A program made the position numbers and the translations under genes. Shown here piece by piece: positions 9,495-19,149 of a stretch of DNA of 39,262 bases. The DNA comes from Sulfurimonadaceae bacterium (GTDB taxonomy: Bacteria; Campylobacterota; Campylobacteria; Campylobacterales; Sulfurimonadaceae): positions 1-39,262 of the forward strand of contig JBFESZ010000010.1 in the NCBI GenBank assembly GCA_041548245.1, in the 5' to 3' direction. Within the stretch, counting starts at the first letter, position 1; the number at the start of each line of letters is the position of its first letter. The notes under the pieces are model-generated. The model was not told the origin of the DNA. It was given only the letters and a program-made list of their open reading frames with translations, and made no database searches.

Positions 9495-9943
9495 ACACCA
9501 AGCACCAAAAAGAATTCAATAAACATATAATAAAAAATATGCCAGTCAAAACTTGGGGTTTCTACCCAAAGGACCTGGTTTAGTACATAAGAGTACAGTA
9601 AAAAACCGGGATAAGCCAAGAACAGGAAGATGATTTTCAAACAGACGTAACAACTTGTTAGAATACGCAATCGGGGGATAACGAAACGGTAGATAAATGT
9701 AAAATAAACCAAAGCACCAAAGAGCAAGAAATCTTTTTCTGCCTCAAATATGAGTAGAAGAAGCATAATAAGCACCAAGTCTTCAATATCCTCTTTTTCC
9801 AGGGCACGGATAAAATAGAAGAACAGAACCCCCAGCAATGGCGGTAAAAAAAGGTAGATACTGCTTAGACTCTGATAGAGTACAAACGCAATACCGATAC
9901 CGATACTGCTTAATACTTTTTGATTAGTGATACTTCGTTGCAT
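9491..9943 (-). CDS. Integral membrane protein, probable divergent MreD-like
   Basis: About 5 hydrophobic segments; ATGA-coupled to mrdA; start refined to MQRSITNQ. The MreD call rests on position and topology only. Confidence 0.6.
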   Translation of the reverse strand: MQRSITNQKVLSSIGIGIAFVLYQSLSSIYLFLPPLLGVLFFYFIRALEKEDIEDLVLIMLLLLIFEAEKDFLLFGALVYFTFIYRFVIPRLRILTSCYVCLKIIFLFLAYPGFLLYSYVLNQVLWVETPSFDWHIFYYMFIEFFLVLGV

Positions 9944-10368
9944 AGGGGGAAATGTTTGCATTTAATACAATCTGCCCAGATTTTATGTTCTGGCAGTGAC
10001 TCCTTAGGGATTACCGTAAAACCCAGTCTTTCAAAGAAAGACTGCTTGTATGTCAGAACCAGTACCTCTTTTAGACCCAATCTACTACCCTCTTCCAAAG
10101 CTAAGGAAACGAGTTCTTTACCGACGCCCTTATCCCTCTCTTTTTGATCAACGATCAGACTTCTGATCTCTGCCAGTTTTACAGTATGTACATGCAGTGC
10201 AGCAAAACCGATAAGTGTTTGATCTTTAAACGCCAAAATGTATGATCGTATATTGGTCGCGATTTCATCAGATGTACGCATTAAAATAGTCCCATCATCC
10301 ACATAAGGCTGAACCAGAGCCTGCATCTGTTGTACATGAGAAAGGTTGGCTTTTACATACTCAATCAT
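9910..10368 (-). CDS. GNAT N-acetyltransferase (short ArgA-like amino-acid acetyltransferase)
   Basis: LAEIRSLIV, RDKGVG acetyl-CoA loop, LTY-x3-FF-x2-LGF, LPEHKIWADC-x2-C-x5-CNE. Confidence 0.8.
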   Translation of the reverse strand: MIEYVKANLSHVQQMQALVQPYVDDGTILMRTSDEIATNIRSYILAFKDQTLIGFAALHVHTVKLAEIRSLIVDQKERDKGVGKELVSLALEEGSRLGLKEVLVLTYKQSFFERLGFTVIPKESLPEHKIWADCIKCKHFPLCNEVSLIKKY

Positions 10369-10978
10369 TGGACTCTTCCTCATTAAAAAGTATTTCATAT
10401 ATCACTTGCGTAAGTTTATCTATACCGCGTTTTTTAGTATTTGAGACCATCAATGCAGCAGGATATCTGTTTTTCAAGGCACCAAGCTCTTTTTGATTAA
10501 GCTTGTCCATTTTTGTAAAAACATGAAGAAGAACCTGATCCTCTTCAAGTATGTCTGCAAGGTAAGTATCCACATCAGCATCGATTTCAAGATCTGGATG
10601 TCGAGCATCGATAAGATGAATAAAAAGCTTGATCTGTTCTCTTTCTGTAATAAACTGTGTTAAACTTTTTTGCCATTGTGATTTAAGAGATTTAGATACC
10701 TTTGCGTATCCAAATCCAGGTAAATCGACTAAACGCGCTTCTTTGCGCTCATCTGAGTCTTGGTCACGAAATTCGACATGAAAAAAGTTGATAAGCTGTG
10801 TCTTCCCAGGAGTTGCAGACACCTTTGCCATGCCCTTATGATTGACCAGAGCATTCAACAGCGAACTTTTTCCAACATTCGAACGTGCCAAAAATGCAAC
10901 TTCCGAGATATTCTCAGGAGGTGCCAGCTTAATGCTAGGTGCCGAAGTAACAAACTTGGCATTAATAATATCTATCAT
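10361..10978 (-). CDS. yihA: Ribosome biogenesis GTP-binding protein YihA/EngB
   Basis: RSNVGKSS, TPGKTQLINFF, DLPGFGYA and TKMDK motifs. Confidence 0.95.
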   Translation of the reverse strand: MIDIINAKFVTSAPSIKLAPPENISEVAFLARSNVGKSSLLNALVNHKGMAKVSATPGKTQLINFFHVEFRDQDSDERKEARLVDLPGFGYAKVSKSLKSQWQKSLTQFITEREQIKLFIHLIDARHPDLEIDADVDTYLADILEEDQVLLHVFTKMDKLNQKELGALKNRYPAALMVSNTKKRGIDKLTQVIYEILFNEEESND

Positions 10979-11451
10979 TTGTCTTTCTTCTTATCTTCAA
11001 CATTAAAGATCATAATCACCGGTGCCTTTTCTTTACCGATTGCCTTGGCGTTTCCATCTACTGCGTTTAACTTAACTTCATCACCAAAGACTTTACGATT
11101 GGTTCCGATTTGGTACAGATGGACATCCTGATAAAACTGATACTCTTTTTTCAATGGAAAATAAACAACTTTTCCAGCATCACCTTTGTACGTCATATTG
11201 TTATCTTTAAGGTCGATATAAAAGGACACGCTACCTTCGGCTTCATAACGATATGGTGTTCTATCCTTATCTGTATAAACACTTACTCTTGAAGCATTGA
11301 GTTCATCACTGCCTTTTGTGATTTTGACATTACCTAAAAATGTTGTCACGCCTTTTCTTTGATCTCCTTCAAAAGCATCGGCTACAATTTTTACCTGTTC
11401 TGCCAACAAGCTTAAGGCCAATAAGTTTAAAACAAATAATATTTTTTTCAT
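10975..11451 (-). CDS. lptA: LPS transport periplasmic protein LptA
   Basis: Signal peptide, OstA-like beta-jellyroll pattern (FLGNVKITKG), position after kdsC-lptC. Confidence 0.88.
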   Translation of the reverse strand: MKKILFVLNLLALSLLAEQVKIVADAFEGDQRKGVTTFLGNVKITKGSDELNASRVSVYTDKDRTPYRYEAEGSVSFYIDLKDNNMTYKGDAGKVVYFPLKKEYQFYQDVHLYQIGTNRKVFGDEVKLNAVDGNAKAIGKEKAPVIMIFNVEDKKKDK

Positions 11452-11966
11452 CTTTTATCCTCTAGATAATAACTAGCATCTACATTTTTAGCAGATATTT
11501 TTCCTGATTTTACATTGTAATGCAGTTCCTTTCCGTAAACTACATTCTCATTATGCGTTAATACAAAACGCTTAGGGACATAGAGCAACTCTTCTTTTGT
11601 GTTGTAAACAGCATGATCACTCTCAAAAGAAAGGCCGTCTTCACGAAAATACCTTACATTCTTGTCCAGATAAGCAACACTCTTTTCAAATCTGCCTGTA
11701 TCAGCATATAGATGCTCGCTTATCCTCTTTTTATTTTCCACATAATGCGCATTTTCAACCTCATAATGTGTACTGAACTGACGGCCTACCGTACCGCTTA
11801 AAACACTTTTTACGCCCTTTGTGGTCAACTCATAAACCGAAAAATCTTCTATCTCCATTTGAGCGACTCTACCGTCCATACTCTTAGTGTAGGCTTCAGG
11901 CTGTAAAAATATCAGCAAAGAGACACTAAAGAGCAAAAGTAGAATAAAAAAATGTGTTAGTTTCAT
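11448..11966 (-). CDS. lptC: LPS export protein LptC
   Basis: Single N-terminal TM, beta-rich periplasmic domain, between kdsC and lptA. Confidence 0.75.
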   Translation of the reverse strand: MKLTHFFILLLLFSVSLLIFLQPEAYTKSMDGRVAQMEIEDFSVYELTTKGVKSVLSGTVGRQFSTHYEVENAHYVENKKRISEHLYADTGRFEKSVAYLDKNVRYFREDGLSFESDHAVYNTKEELLYVPKRFVLTHNENVVYGKELHYNVKSGKISAKNVDASYYLEDKR

Positions 11967-12457
11967 TTCCAGATCTTTAAGAAATCCTTTTCAAGGCCAT
12001 TGTCTTTTACAATACACTCGATCATCTCACGGACTGCCCCGTGGCCGCCACTATTATATAAAACAGTATCACAGAGTTCACGAACATATTCTGAGGCATC
12101 AGCAGGCGCGAAACTTCTTCCCACCGTTTTAAGCATATTGTAATCATTAAGATCATCACCGATGGCAGCAATATTTTTATGCTCGATCTTCAGGTCTTCT
12201 CGAATCTTCTCTAATATTTCAAGTTTGTTCTTGACGCCCTGATAAAGATAATTGATCCCTAACTCTTTCGCACGACGTTCGACTATCTTGCTTCTTCTTC
12301 CTGTAACTATGGCCGCTTTTTTTCCCATACGAATCCATGAACTGATGGCCAATCCATCTTTAACGTTAAAAGCTTTTATTTCATCACCATTTTCACTATA
12401 GATAATGCTTCCATCAGTCAAACAACCATCTACGTCCAGTACGACCAACTCAATCAC
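11963..12457 (-). CDS. kdsC: 3-deoxy-D-manno-octulosonate 8-phosphate phosphatase
   Basis: DVDGCLTDG, FNVKDG, GDDLND and GGHGAVRE motifs. Confidence 0.95.
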   Translation of the reverse strand: MIELVVLDVDGCLTDGSIIYSENGDEIKAFNVKDGLAISSWIRMGKKAAIVTGRRSKIVERRAKELGINYLYQGVKNKLEILEKIREDLKIEHKNIAAIGDDLNDYNMLKTVGRSFAPADASEYVRELCDTVLYNSGGHGAVREMIECIVKDNGLEKDFLKIWK

Positions 12458-13026
12458 AGAACACCTTTTGTACTTGGGACGGAAATTCTGTCGTTTATAG
12501 TTATTGCACGGCGTAAAGCGACCGCCAAGGACTTAAACGCCGCTTCAATGATATGGTGTTTGTTTTTTCCACGCTTCATAACAATATGCGCAGTCAGCCC
12601 GGCATTAAAAGTGATTGCACGAAAGAACTCTTCAGCAAGTTCCACATCAAATTCACCCACTTTTCCTTCCACATCAACTTCATAAACCAAAAAAGGCCTG
12701 TTGCTTAAGTCAAGGTCACACTCTACACAGGTCTCATCCATAACAATAGATGCTGAACCAAATCGCTCAACTTTTGATATAGGGTAAAGAGCACTTTTGA
12801 GTGCCTGTCCGATTGCTATACCAACATCTTCGACGCTGTGATGGTCATCTATGTGCGTATCACCTATACATTTGACATTCAAATCAATTAGAGCGTGTTT
12901 TGAAAAACTCTCAAGCATGTGATCGAAGAATCCTACACCCGTAGAGATATTGCTTATTCCTTCACCATAGACTTCTAACTCAACACTGATATCTGTCTCT
13001 TTTGTTTTTCGTTCAATTTTAATCAT
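12454..13026 (-). CDS. hisB: Imidazoleglycerol-phosphate dehydratase (monofunctional)
   Basis: GFFDHML, DDHHSVED, NKHHIIEA and PSTKGVL motifs. Confidence 0.96.
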   Translation of the reverse strand: MIKIERKTKETDISVELEVYGEGISNISTGVGFFDHMLESFSKHALIDLNVKCIGDTHIDDHHSVEDVGIAIGQALKSALYPISKVERFGSASIVMDETCVECDLDLSNRPFLVYEVDVEGKVGEFDVELAEEFFRAITFNAGLTAHIVMKRGKNKHHIIEAAFKSLAVALRRAITINDRISVPSTKGVL

Positions 13027-13035
13027 ATATATTCC

Positions 13036-13818
13036 TTACTCCCGCACTATAAAAGCACTCGCAAAATGATTTGCCTTGTAGTCTCTTGCTTCTTCTTCTC
13101 CGCCAAAACCGGTCAATAAGACTTTAAAAAGACGTTTTTCTCCATCATCAACATCTTTAATGATGGTTTTATAGCGACCTGATGCGTTATTATAGCGTTC
13201 TTGATAAGTTATTGCACCCTCAATCTTGCTAAAAGAACCAATTTGCAATGCATATTTGTCCATAACCTGCTCTTTGACATCTTTTTGGATAGATGTCTTA
13301 GTGATTTGAGTCTGCCCTTTTCTATTAAAACCCAAAACTTCCAATCTTACAGGTGCTGTACCATGTGCTAGCATATCAAGTTCTGAAGCAGCTTTTTTTG
13401 ACAAATCGATAATGCGCGACTTAACAAAGGGACCTCTGTCATTAATCCTTACGACAACGCTTTTACCGTTATTCTCATTGGTAACACGAAGAACTGTGTT
13501 CATCGGTAATGTTTTATGCGCAGCAGTCATCTGCCACATGTTGTAATCTTCGCCATTGGACGTCTTTTTACCATGAAAGTTTGGCCCATACCAAGAAGCA
13601 CGACCGGTAAAGACCTCTCCTACCTTCACTACCGTAGGGTAGTAGCGTTTACCCATGACTGTATAGGGACGCATCGTCGGATGATTTAATCTACTGGGTG
13701 TGGCTGAATTTGCGACAGGTGCACGGTATGAAGAGCTAGTACGATCAATTGGTCTACGGCTACACCCATCTAAAATGAGTAAAAGTAAAACGAAAGAAAC
13801 AAAAAACCTAATAGACAC
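13036..13818 (-). CDS. rlpA: Septal ring lytic transglycosylase RlpA lipoprotein with a SPOR domain
   Basis: Lipoprotein-like signal (DGC); ASWYG, TAAHKTLP, VRINDRGPF, RIIDLS; C-terminal LQIGSF SPOR domain. Confidence 0.93.
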   Translation of the reverse strand: MSIRFFVSFVLLLLILDGCSRRPIDRTSSSYRAPVANSATPSRLNHPTMRPYTVMGKRYYPTVVKVGEVFTGRASWYGPNFHGKKTSNGEDYNMWQMTAAHKTLPMNTVLRVTNENNGKSVVVRINDRGPFVKSRIIDLSKKAASELDMLAHGTAPVRLEVLGFNRKGQTQITKTSIQKDVKEQVMDKYALQIGSFSKIEGAITYQERYNNASGRYKTIIKDVDDGEKRLFKVLLTGFGGEEEARDYKANHFASAFIVRE

Positions 13819-15028
13819 TTAGTTTATCCCCTGTTTTGATGATATCAGAGTGCAGGCTGTTTCTCTTTTTTAAATCTGATATTGAAACCTTGAAGTGCTT
13901 TGATATTGAATCAAGCGTATCACCGCTTTTGACTGTATAGTGAACATTACTATCAACAGAAGGTTTGCTTATAGGTATAATCAGTTTCTGTTTCAACGAG
14001 AGCCTACTTGTTTTCAAACGATTGAAATCTTTGATGCGTTTATAGGATATGCCATACTTCTTACCCAGATAAGAAAGATTATCTCCTGATGTCACCGTAT
14101 GGACAAGATATGTTGTCTGAAGTTTTGCCGGTGCATACTTCATCTTAAACTCTGAAAGCTTGATATAGGGGATGTAGATTGAATACTGTTCTCCATATGG
14201 AGGAACAAAATCGTACTTAAGATGCCTGTTGAGCTTCCTTAGATCATTCAAAGGCATAGATATGATGGAAGCAACCCGTTCAAGGCTTTCGCCAGCTGGT
14301 ACCTCGATGGTAGAGAGCGAATATGCCGTACCTCTGTTAAGAAGATAATCACACTCATTCTCTATCATATATGACTCATCATAACCGATCAAGGCCAGGG
14401 CAATGATCTTACGTATATAGGTTCTGCTTTCCGCAGGTAAATACTTCTTTCTTGGATGCAAAAGCTCGTTCAGATCATCGGTACCCGCTTTATTAATCGC
14501 TTTTCTCAGTCTCCCCTCACCACAATTGTACGCGATTGCTGCCAGATACCACTTCCCAAACTTAGTATGTAATGCTTCAAGGTAACGTACCGCCGCTTTA
14601 GTCGATTTGACAAGATCACGTCTCTCATCAACATAGTCATCGATCTTTAATCCATACAAACGGCCTGTATACGGCATGAATTGCCACATACCTGAAGCTT
14701 TCTTCCTAGAATAGGCATGCGTAGAAAAATTTGACTCGGCCATAGCCAAATAGAGTATCTCGCTTGGAACATTTGAGTCAGAAATGATTTTTTTAACTAA
14801 GGGAATAAATATATAGGCATCATTCATTGTCTTGAAGAAGTATTTGTTTTTGTAGTGTGCACGTTTTTGCTTGATTATTGTGTGTAGTTCCGGATCATTC
14901 AAAAAAGATGGATTGATATCAAAGCTACGCAGAAGTTTCACCTCTTTGGAATGGTTGGTCTCAAAGCTCAATACAGCATACAGCGGTGAAGATAATATCA
15001 ACGATATAAGAAGAAGAAATAATTTCAA
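13808..15028 (-). CDS. mltD: Lytic murein transglycosylase with two LysM domains (MltD-like)
   Basis: AMAES, ASGMWQFM, AYNCGEG, ESRTY; two V-x-SGD-x-L LysM repeats. Confidence 0.9.
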   Translation of the reverse strand: MKLFLLLISLILSSPLYAVLSFETNHSKEVKLLRSFDINPSFLNDPELHTIIKQKRAHYKNKYFFKTMNDAYIFIPLVKKIISDSNVPSEILYLAMAESNFSTHAYSRKKASGMWQFMPYTGRLYGLKIDDYVDERRDLVKSTKAAVRYLEALHTKFGKWYLAAIAYNCGEGRLRKAINKAGTDDLNELLHPRKKYLPAESRTYIRKIIALALIGYDESYMIENECDYLLNRGTAYSLSTIEVPAGESLERVASIISMPLNDLRKLNRHLKYDFVPPYGEQYSIYIPYIKLSEFKMKYAPAKLQTTYLVHTVTSGDNLSYLGKKYGISYKRIKDFNRLKTSRLSLKQKLIIPISKPSVDSNVHYTVKSGDTLDSISKHFKVSISDLKKRNSLHSDIIKTGDKLSVY

Positions 15029-15162
15029 TGGAACCTCAAAGCTATCTGGCAGAAAGACAACTACATACTTTTTGCCTGAGTGAAATAGAATCTCATTTTA
15101 GCTAAATTAAATTTTGATTAAAATTATTCCTTAAATTATAGGAAAGAAAAGGATTAATATTA

Positions 15163-15936
15163 TTAAATATTAATACCAAAAAGCCTCTGTGCATTCTCTG
15201 TTGTCAGTCGTCTGACATCATGAATATCCATCTCAAGAAGTTCACTTACTTTATCCGCAACCAAGGCTGTATACCTGGGCTCGTTTCGTGTTCCCCTATA
15301 AGGATGAGGTGTAAGATACGGACCGTCTGTTTCAAGTACAAGTTTATCTTTTGGGATTTTTGGTAACACATTAACAAGCTTTCGTGCGTTCTTAAAAGTC
15401 AAGACACCTCCAATACCAAAATAAAAATTCATTCCTGCAAGAGGCAACAGCTCTTCATCGGCGTTGAAACAGTGCAAAACGCCTCCCTTGGATTGTTCTT
15501 CTTCCAATATGGCCCTTGCATCACGACTTGCATCACGAATGTGTACAATTAGAGGAAGATCATACTCATTTGCCAGACGTATCTGCGCTCTGAAGACATC
15601 TTTTTGTGCCTTAATCTCAGCCTCTTTTTCACTCTCATCCTCAGGTAATCTGAAATAATCCAATCCACACTCACCGATCGCAATGCATTTTTCATCTTTA
15701 AGCGCTTCTCGTATGATATTTTCATCATAGCTGGCCATATCATAAGGATGCATACCGACCGCATAGTACACCTCTTCATATTTTTGTGACAACATCTTTG
15801 CTCGCGAAAGATCTTTCGGATCTGCCCCGGGTATGATAAACCTCTTTATCCCTTCACGAAGAGCATCCGTTATTACTTTATCAACATCCTCAAGGTATTG
15901 CCTGTTATCCAGGTGAATATGCGTATCAATTATCAT
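15163..15936 (-). CDS. tatD: TatD-family hydrolase
   Basis: IDTHIH, GMHP, IGECGLDY, VHIRDA, HCF, ETDGPYL; start refined to MIIDTH at 15936. Confidence 0.93.
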   Translation of the reverse strand: MIIDTHIHLDNRQYLEDVDKVITDALREGIKRFIIPGADPKDLSRAKMLSQKYEEVYYAVGMHPYDMASYDENIIREALKDEKCIAIGECGLDYFRLPEDESEKEAEIKAQKDVFRAQIRLANEYDLPLIVHIRDASRDARAILEEEQSKGGVLHCFNADEELLPLAGMNFYFGIGGVLTFKNARKLVNVLPKIPKDKLVLETDGPYLTPHPYRGTRNEPRYTALVADKVSELLEMDIHDVRRLTTENAQRLFGINI

Positions 15937-16111
15937 TTTTCCCTTCTTCAGTTTTAATTTCACATCCATTCAGACCGCATTTTATATTTTGTCCCATAAT
16001 AAAAAATGCAATCATAGCTGCCAACATACAGATGACAGCCTGAAAGATAAAGCCATTAAGATAAAAGTTGATACTCAAAACAGACAGCAGTAAAGAGAAT
16101 ACTAGACACAT
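15926..16111 (-). CDS. Small hypothetical membrane protein (61 aa, two TM segments)
   Basis: Fills the recN-tatD gap exactly and overlaps both genes; two hydrophobic stretches and a polar C-x4-C tail. Confidence 0.6.
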   Translation of the reverse strand: MCLVFSLLLSVLSINFYLNGFIFQAVICMLAAMIAFFIMGQNIKCGLNGCEIKTEEGKNDN

Positions 16112-17634
16112 TTTTCTTCCATAAGTCCGCGCGCAAAGTTAATGGCATCCTCAGTAATCTTGTCTCCGCTGATCATTCGTGCGATTTCAAACACTCTCTC
16201 TTCATCTTTAAGCATCTTCACTGTACTGTTCTTGTCACGTTGGACAAAAAAATGCTGATCGGCTTGAGATGTGAGCTGAGGCTGATGTGAGATGACAAAT
16301 ATCTGATAATCCTTCGCTAAATGAGAAAGAACCTTGGCAACAGACATGGACTCTTCACCGCTTAAGTTTGCGTCTATCTCGTCAAGCATCAAAATACCGC
16401 CATCATTCGCCTGTAAGCTCTTTACCGCCAAAAGAGCAAGTCTTAAACGATTAAACTCACCTGCAGACACTTTTTCCAAAGCTGTACCATCCAGTTCAAT
16501 CTCAACCTTATCCAATCCATACAAGGAGATCTCTGTCTTTATTAAGCTGATATTCGCCGGTCTGAGATACAACTGCTTCAAAAAATCATTAAAAGAGACG
16601 AGTATCTTTTTCAACGCTTTCTGACGTTTTGAGGAGAGCTCTTCCGCCTCGTTTTTCACAGCACTTTCAAGGTTCTTTATCTCTTTTGTCAATGACTCTT
16701 TTTGCAAATCAAGACTTTCATAATGTTCTAGCTCTTTTTGTTTTTTCAACTTATAGGCAATCGCTTCTTCTACACTTCCGTAACGGTGTTTGAGTTCTGA
16801 TATCTGTTCAATACGTGTCAATATCTCCTCAATATCACATTCACTTAATTCTGCCAATCTTTCACGCGAAGCTTCAAAATGGGCTCTTAGCTCGTTCATC
16901 GCATCATCAAAGAACGAAGAGTCAATGTCCAACAGATCAAGAGACTGTGATACGGCACTTTCATAATTGAACACTTCTTCTGCAGCTGTGATGGCTTCTT
17001 CGATTTTCTCTTTTCTTGAAAGTTCACGTTTAATGCGCATCAACTCTTCATCTTCACCTTCTATAGGTGAAATGGCATCTATTTTTGATATTTCAAACTG
17101 GGCAAATTCACGCAGTTCAAGTACTTTCTTCTCTTCCTCTAAAATCTTAGCCAATTCATTTTTTATACTGTTTAGACGTAAGAATCCTTCTTGATACGAT
17201 GAAAGCTTCTGGAGATGCGCAGCATCATCCTCTACGCAAAAAAGGTCAATCATACCAAGAAGATTTTCATTTTTAAAGTCAGAATAATCACGAAGACTTA
17301 AATGACGGACAAAATCCTTAGAGAGTTTAAGCAGTATTTTCTTAGAAACAGTCTGATTATTAATAAAGTGTCGCACTTTCTCTTTTTTTATCTGCTTGAA
17401 AACAGTAAGTTCATCCTCTTCTATACCTAGTTCATCAAGCTTGACTGGGAAATTGATTGTCGCTTCACTCAAACCGGCCTTGGCTTCGTCCAGACCTAAA
17501 GAAGCCAATATTGAACTCATCAGTATCGATTTTCCACTTCCGCTTGGTCCAGTAAAAACCACCAATCCTTTTTTGAACTCCAGTTCAGCCTCTTCAAATG
17601 ACAAAAAGTCACGTAGATAAAAACGCTCTATCAC
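16102..17634 (-). CDS. recN: DNA repair protein RecN
   Basis: Walker A GPSGSGKS, coiled coil, SAGE signature, LDEIDAN Walker B, ISHQPQ, EIARM; follows nadK. Confidence 0.92.
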   Translation of the reverse strand: MIERFYLRDFLSFEEAELEFKKGLVVFTGPSGSGKSILMSSILASLGLDEAKAGLSEATINFPVKLDELGIEEDELTVFKQIKKEKVRHFINNQTVSKKILLKLSKDFVRHLSLRDYSDFKNENLLGMIDLFCVEDDAAHLQKLSSYQEGFLRLNSIKNELAKILEEEKKVLELREFAQFEISKIDAISPIEGEDEELMRIKRELSRKEKIEEAITAAEEVFNYESAVSQSLDLLDIDSSFFDDAMNELRAHFEASRERLAELSECDIEEILTRIEQISELKHRYGSVEEAIAYKLKKQKELEHYESLDLQKESLTKEIKNLESAVKNEAEELSSKRQKALKKILVSFNDFLKQLYLRPANISLIKTEISLYGLDKVEIELDGTALEKVSAGEFNRLRLALLAVKSLQANDGGILMLDEIDANLSGEESMSVAKVLSHLAKDYQIFVISHQPQLTSQADQHFFVQRDKNSTVKMLKDEERVFEIARMISGDKITEDAINFARGLMEEKCV

Positions 17635-18507
17635 CTATTTTCCCCAACTCAGCTTCTCTTTAAGTACTTCAAAATAATTAAACTCTTCCCTATGTATAAG
17701 CTGCGCAGGCTTACTGGAGAGACGAATCCTGATGACATCGCCTTCTGCAAAATCATACATGTCCTGACCATCAACAACAACTAATGCAGAGGCGTCCGGC
17801 GTCTTGATCTCGATCGTAAAGTGACCCGGTAGCACTACTGGCCTTTGAGTAAGTGAATGAGGTGAGATAGGTGTCAAGGCAAACACTTGCGTCAATGGAA
17901 AAAGCACAGGTCCACCTGCTGAAAGATTATAGGCTGTCGATCCGGTCGGTGTTGAGACAATCACACCGTCTCCATAATAGGTATTAAACGGTTTTTTGTC
18001 TACGAAGGTATTAAGATGAATCATCTTTGATATCGTAGAGCGAGTCATTACAATATCATTAAAAGCAACCAGTTTTTTTGTACCCTCTTTTGTCGTGATC
18101 TCCGCACGAAGAACTGCCCTGTTGTCAATACGATACTCTCCGCAAACAAGTTTTTGTATAAACTCATCAAGTTCAGCAAGATCTATATCTGCTAAGAAAC
18201 CCAATTTTCCGGCATGAATACCAAAGACAGGAATATCGAATTCATGCGATCGTCTTACAGCAGATATTAACGTCCCGTCACCGCCCAGGGTTACAAGCAG
18301 ATCTGCGTTTTCACACATCATGTTGAAATCTTGTCCCATCAAGCCTAACATCTGCGCACCACTGTTGTCTAGCACGACTTCAATACCATATTTTTCAAAA
18401 CTCTTTTTGACTAATAGAAACTGCTCTTTTATCTCAGGGGATGAAGGGCGAAGTACAACACCAACTCTTTTTATCTGTTTGGGCTTATTACTATTATGTT
18501 CTGTCAT
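17635..18507 (-). CDS. nadK: NAD(+) kinase
   Basis: GGDGT, GKLGFL, FND, TPTGSTAYNLSAGGP, KLSW. Confidence 0.96.
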   Translation of the reverse strand: MTEHNSNKPKQIKRVGVVLRPSSPEIKEQFLLVKKSFEKYGIEVVLDNSGAQMLGLMGQDFNMMCENADLLVTLGGDGTLISAVRRSHEFDIPVFGIHAGKLGFLADIDLAELDEFIQKLVCGEYRIDNRAVLRAEITTKEGTKKLVAFNDIVMTRSTISKMIHLNTFVDKKPFNTYYGDGVIVSTPTGSTAYNLSAGGPVLFPLTQVFALTPISPHSLTQRPVVLPGHFTIEIKTPDASALVVVDGQDMYDFAEGDVIRIRLSSKPAQLIHREEFNYFEVLKEKLSWGK

Positions 18508-18542
18508 TTTTACTCTATTAATATCAGTTATTTTGTTTGAAT

Positions 18543-18590
18543 ATTATAGCTTAAGTGCTATTTTGCAATAAAACATATCATTTTGCAATA
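18543..18590 (-). promoter_or_regulatory. nadK promoter (-10 TATAAT) with upstream 11-bp direct repeats
   Basis: Minus-strand TATAAT at 18548-18543; ATTTTGCAATA at 18560-18570 and 18580-18590. Confidence 0.45.
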
Positions 18591-18626
18591 TTTCTATTAC
18601 AGTCAATGTGTCAGTATGACAAACTT

Positions 18627-18968
18627 TTATTGATTGTTGTTTGCGGCGTATTCCGGTGTACAAAAAATACCGCAGTGGCATTTTCCGAGCTCTGGAATCT
18701 CTTGTTCAATGGCTTGGGGACAAGGGCAGATACGGTCATCTACACTTTTGTATTTTCCGTCTGCTTCCTCTTCTACCATAAAGCAGGGACAAAAACGCTT
18801 TCCATAAAGCAACTTATGACGAGCAAGTCCCATAATAACTCCTTCATTCACATCCCTATTTGGGTTCTCCACATATCCGAACTGTCTGTTGACTTTATCA
18901 GTGAACTTTTTTGTTTTTTCCATCTCGGCCAGAAATTCTGGTGAACTCATATCAAGTCGTTGCATCAT
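18627..18968 (-). CDS. Ferredoxin:thioredoxin reductase catalytic (beta) chain
   Basis: GL-x6-YG-x2-FCPC ... ICPC ... CHCGIF, the six-Cys CPC/CPC/CHC signature. Confidence 0.9.
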   Translation of the reverse strand: MMQRLDMSSPEFLAEMEKTKKFTDKVNRQFGYVENPNRDVNEGVIMGLARHKLLYGKRFCPCFMVEEEADGKYKSVDDRICPCPQAIEQEIPELGKCHCGIFCTPEYAANNNQ

Positions 18969-19149
18969 GTAGTGTTCTCATTTGTTTTTTTAAATTGAAG
19001 AAGTATATTGACTATACGCTTAAATCACACCCAAGCCTTTCACAGCCTGCCTGATATAAAGCAACTTTAAGAACTCGAAATAGACATTAGAGCTCTGTAA
19101 GTTTTTTTTAGTTAAAATCACGAAAAATTTTCTATGACATAGGATAGGC

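Noticed and set aside
2985..15936. queC plus tatD as a Qat-type or 7-deazaguanine anti-phage system
   Set aside because: QueC is canonical in size and motifs, tatD is 12 kb away in a housekeeping operon, and there is no ATPase, dpd or cyclase gene.
18555..18944. 129-aa plus-strand ORF
   Set aside because: Antisense shadow of the FTR gene, with no RBS or motifs.
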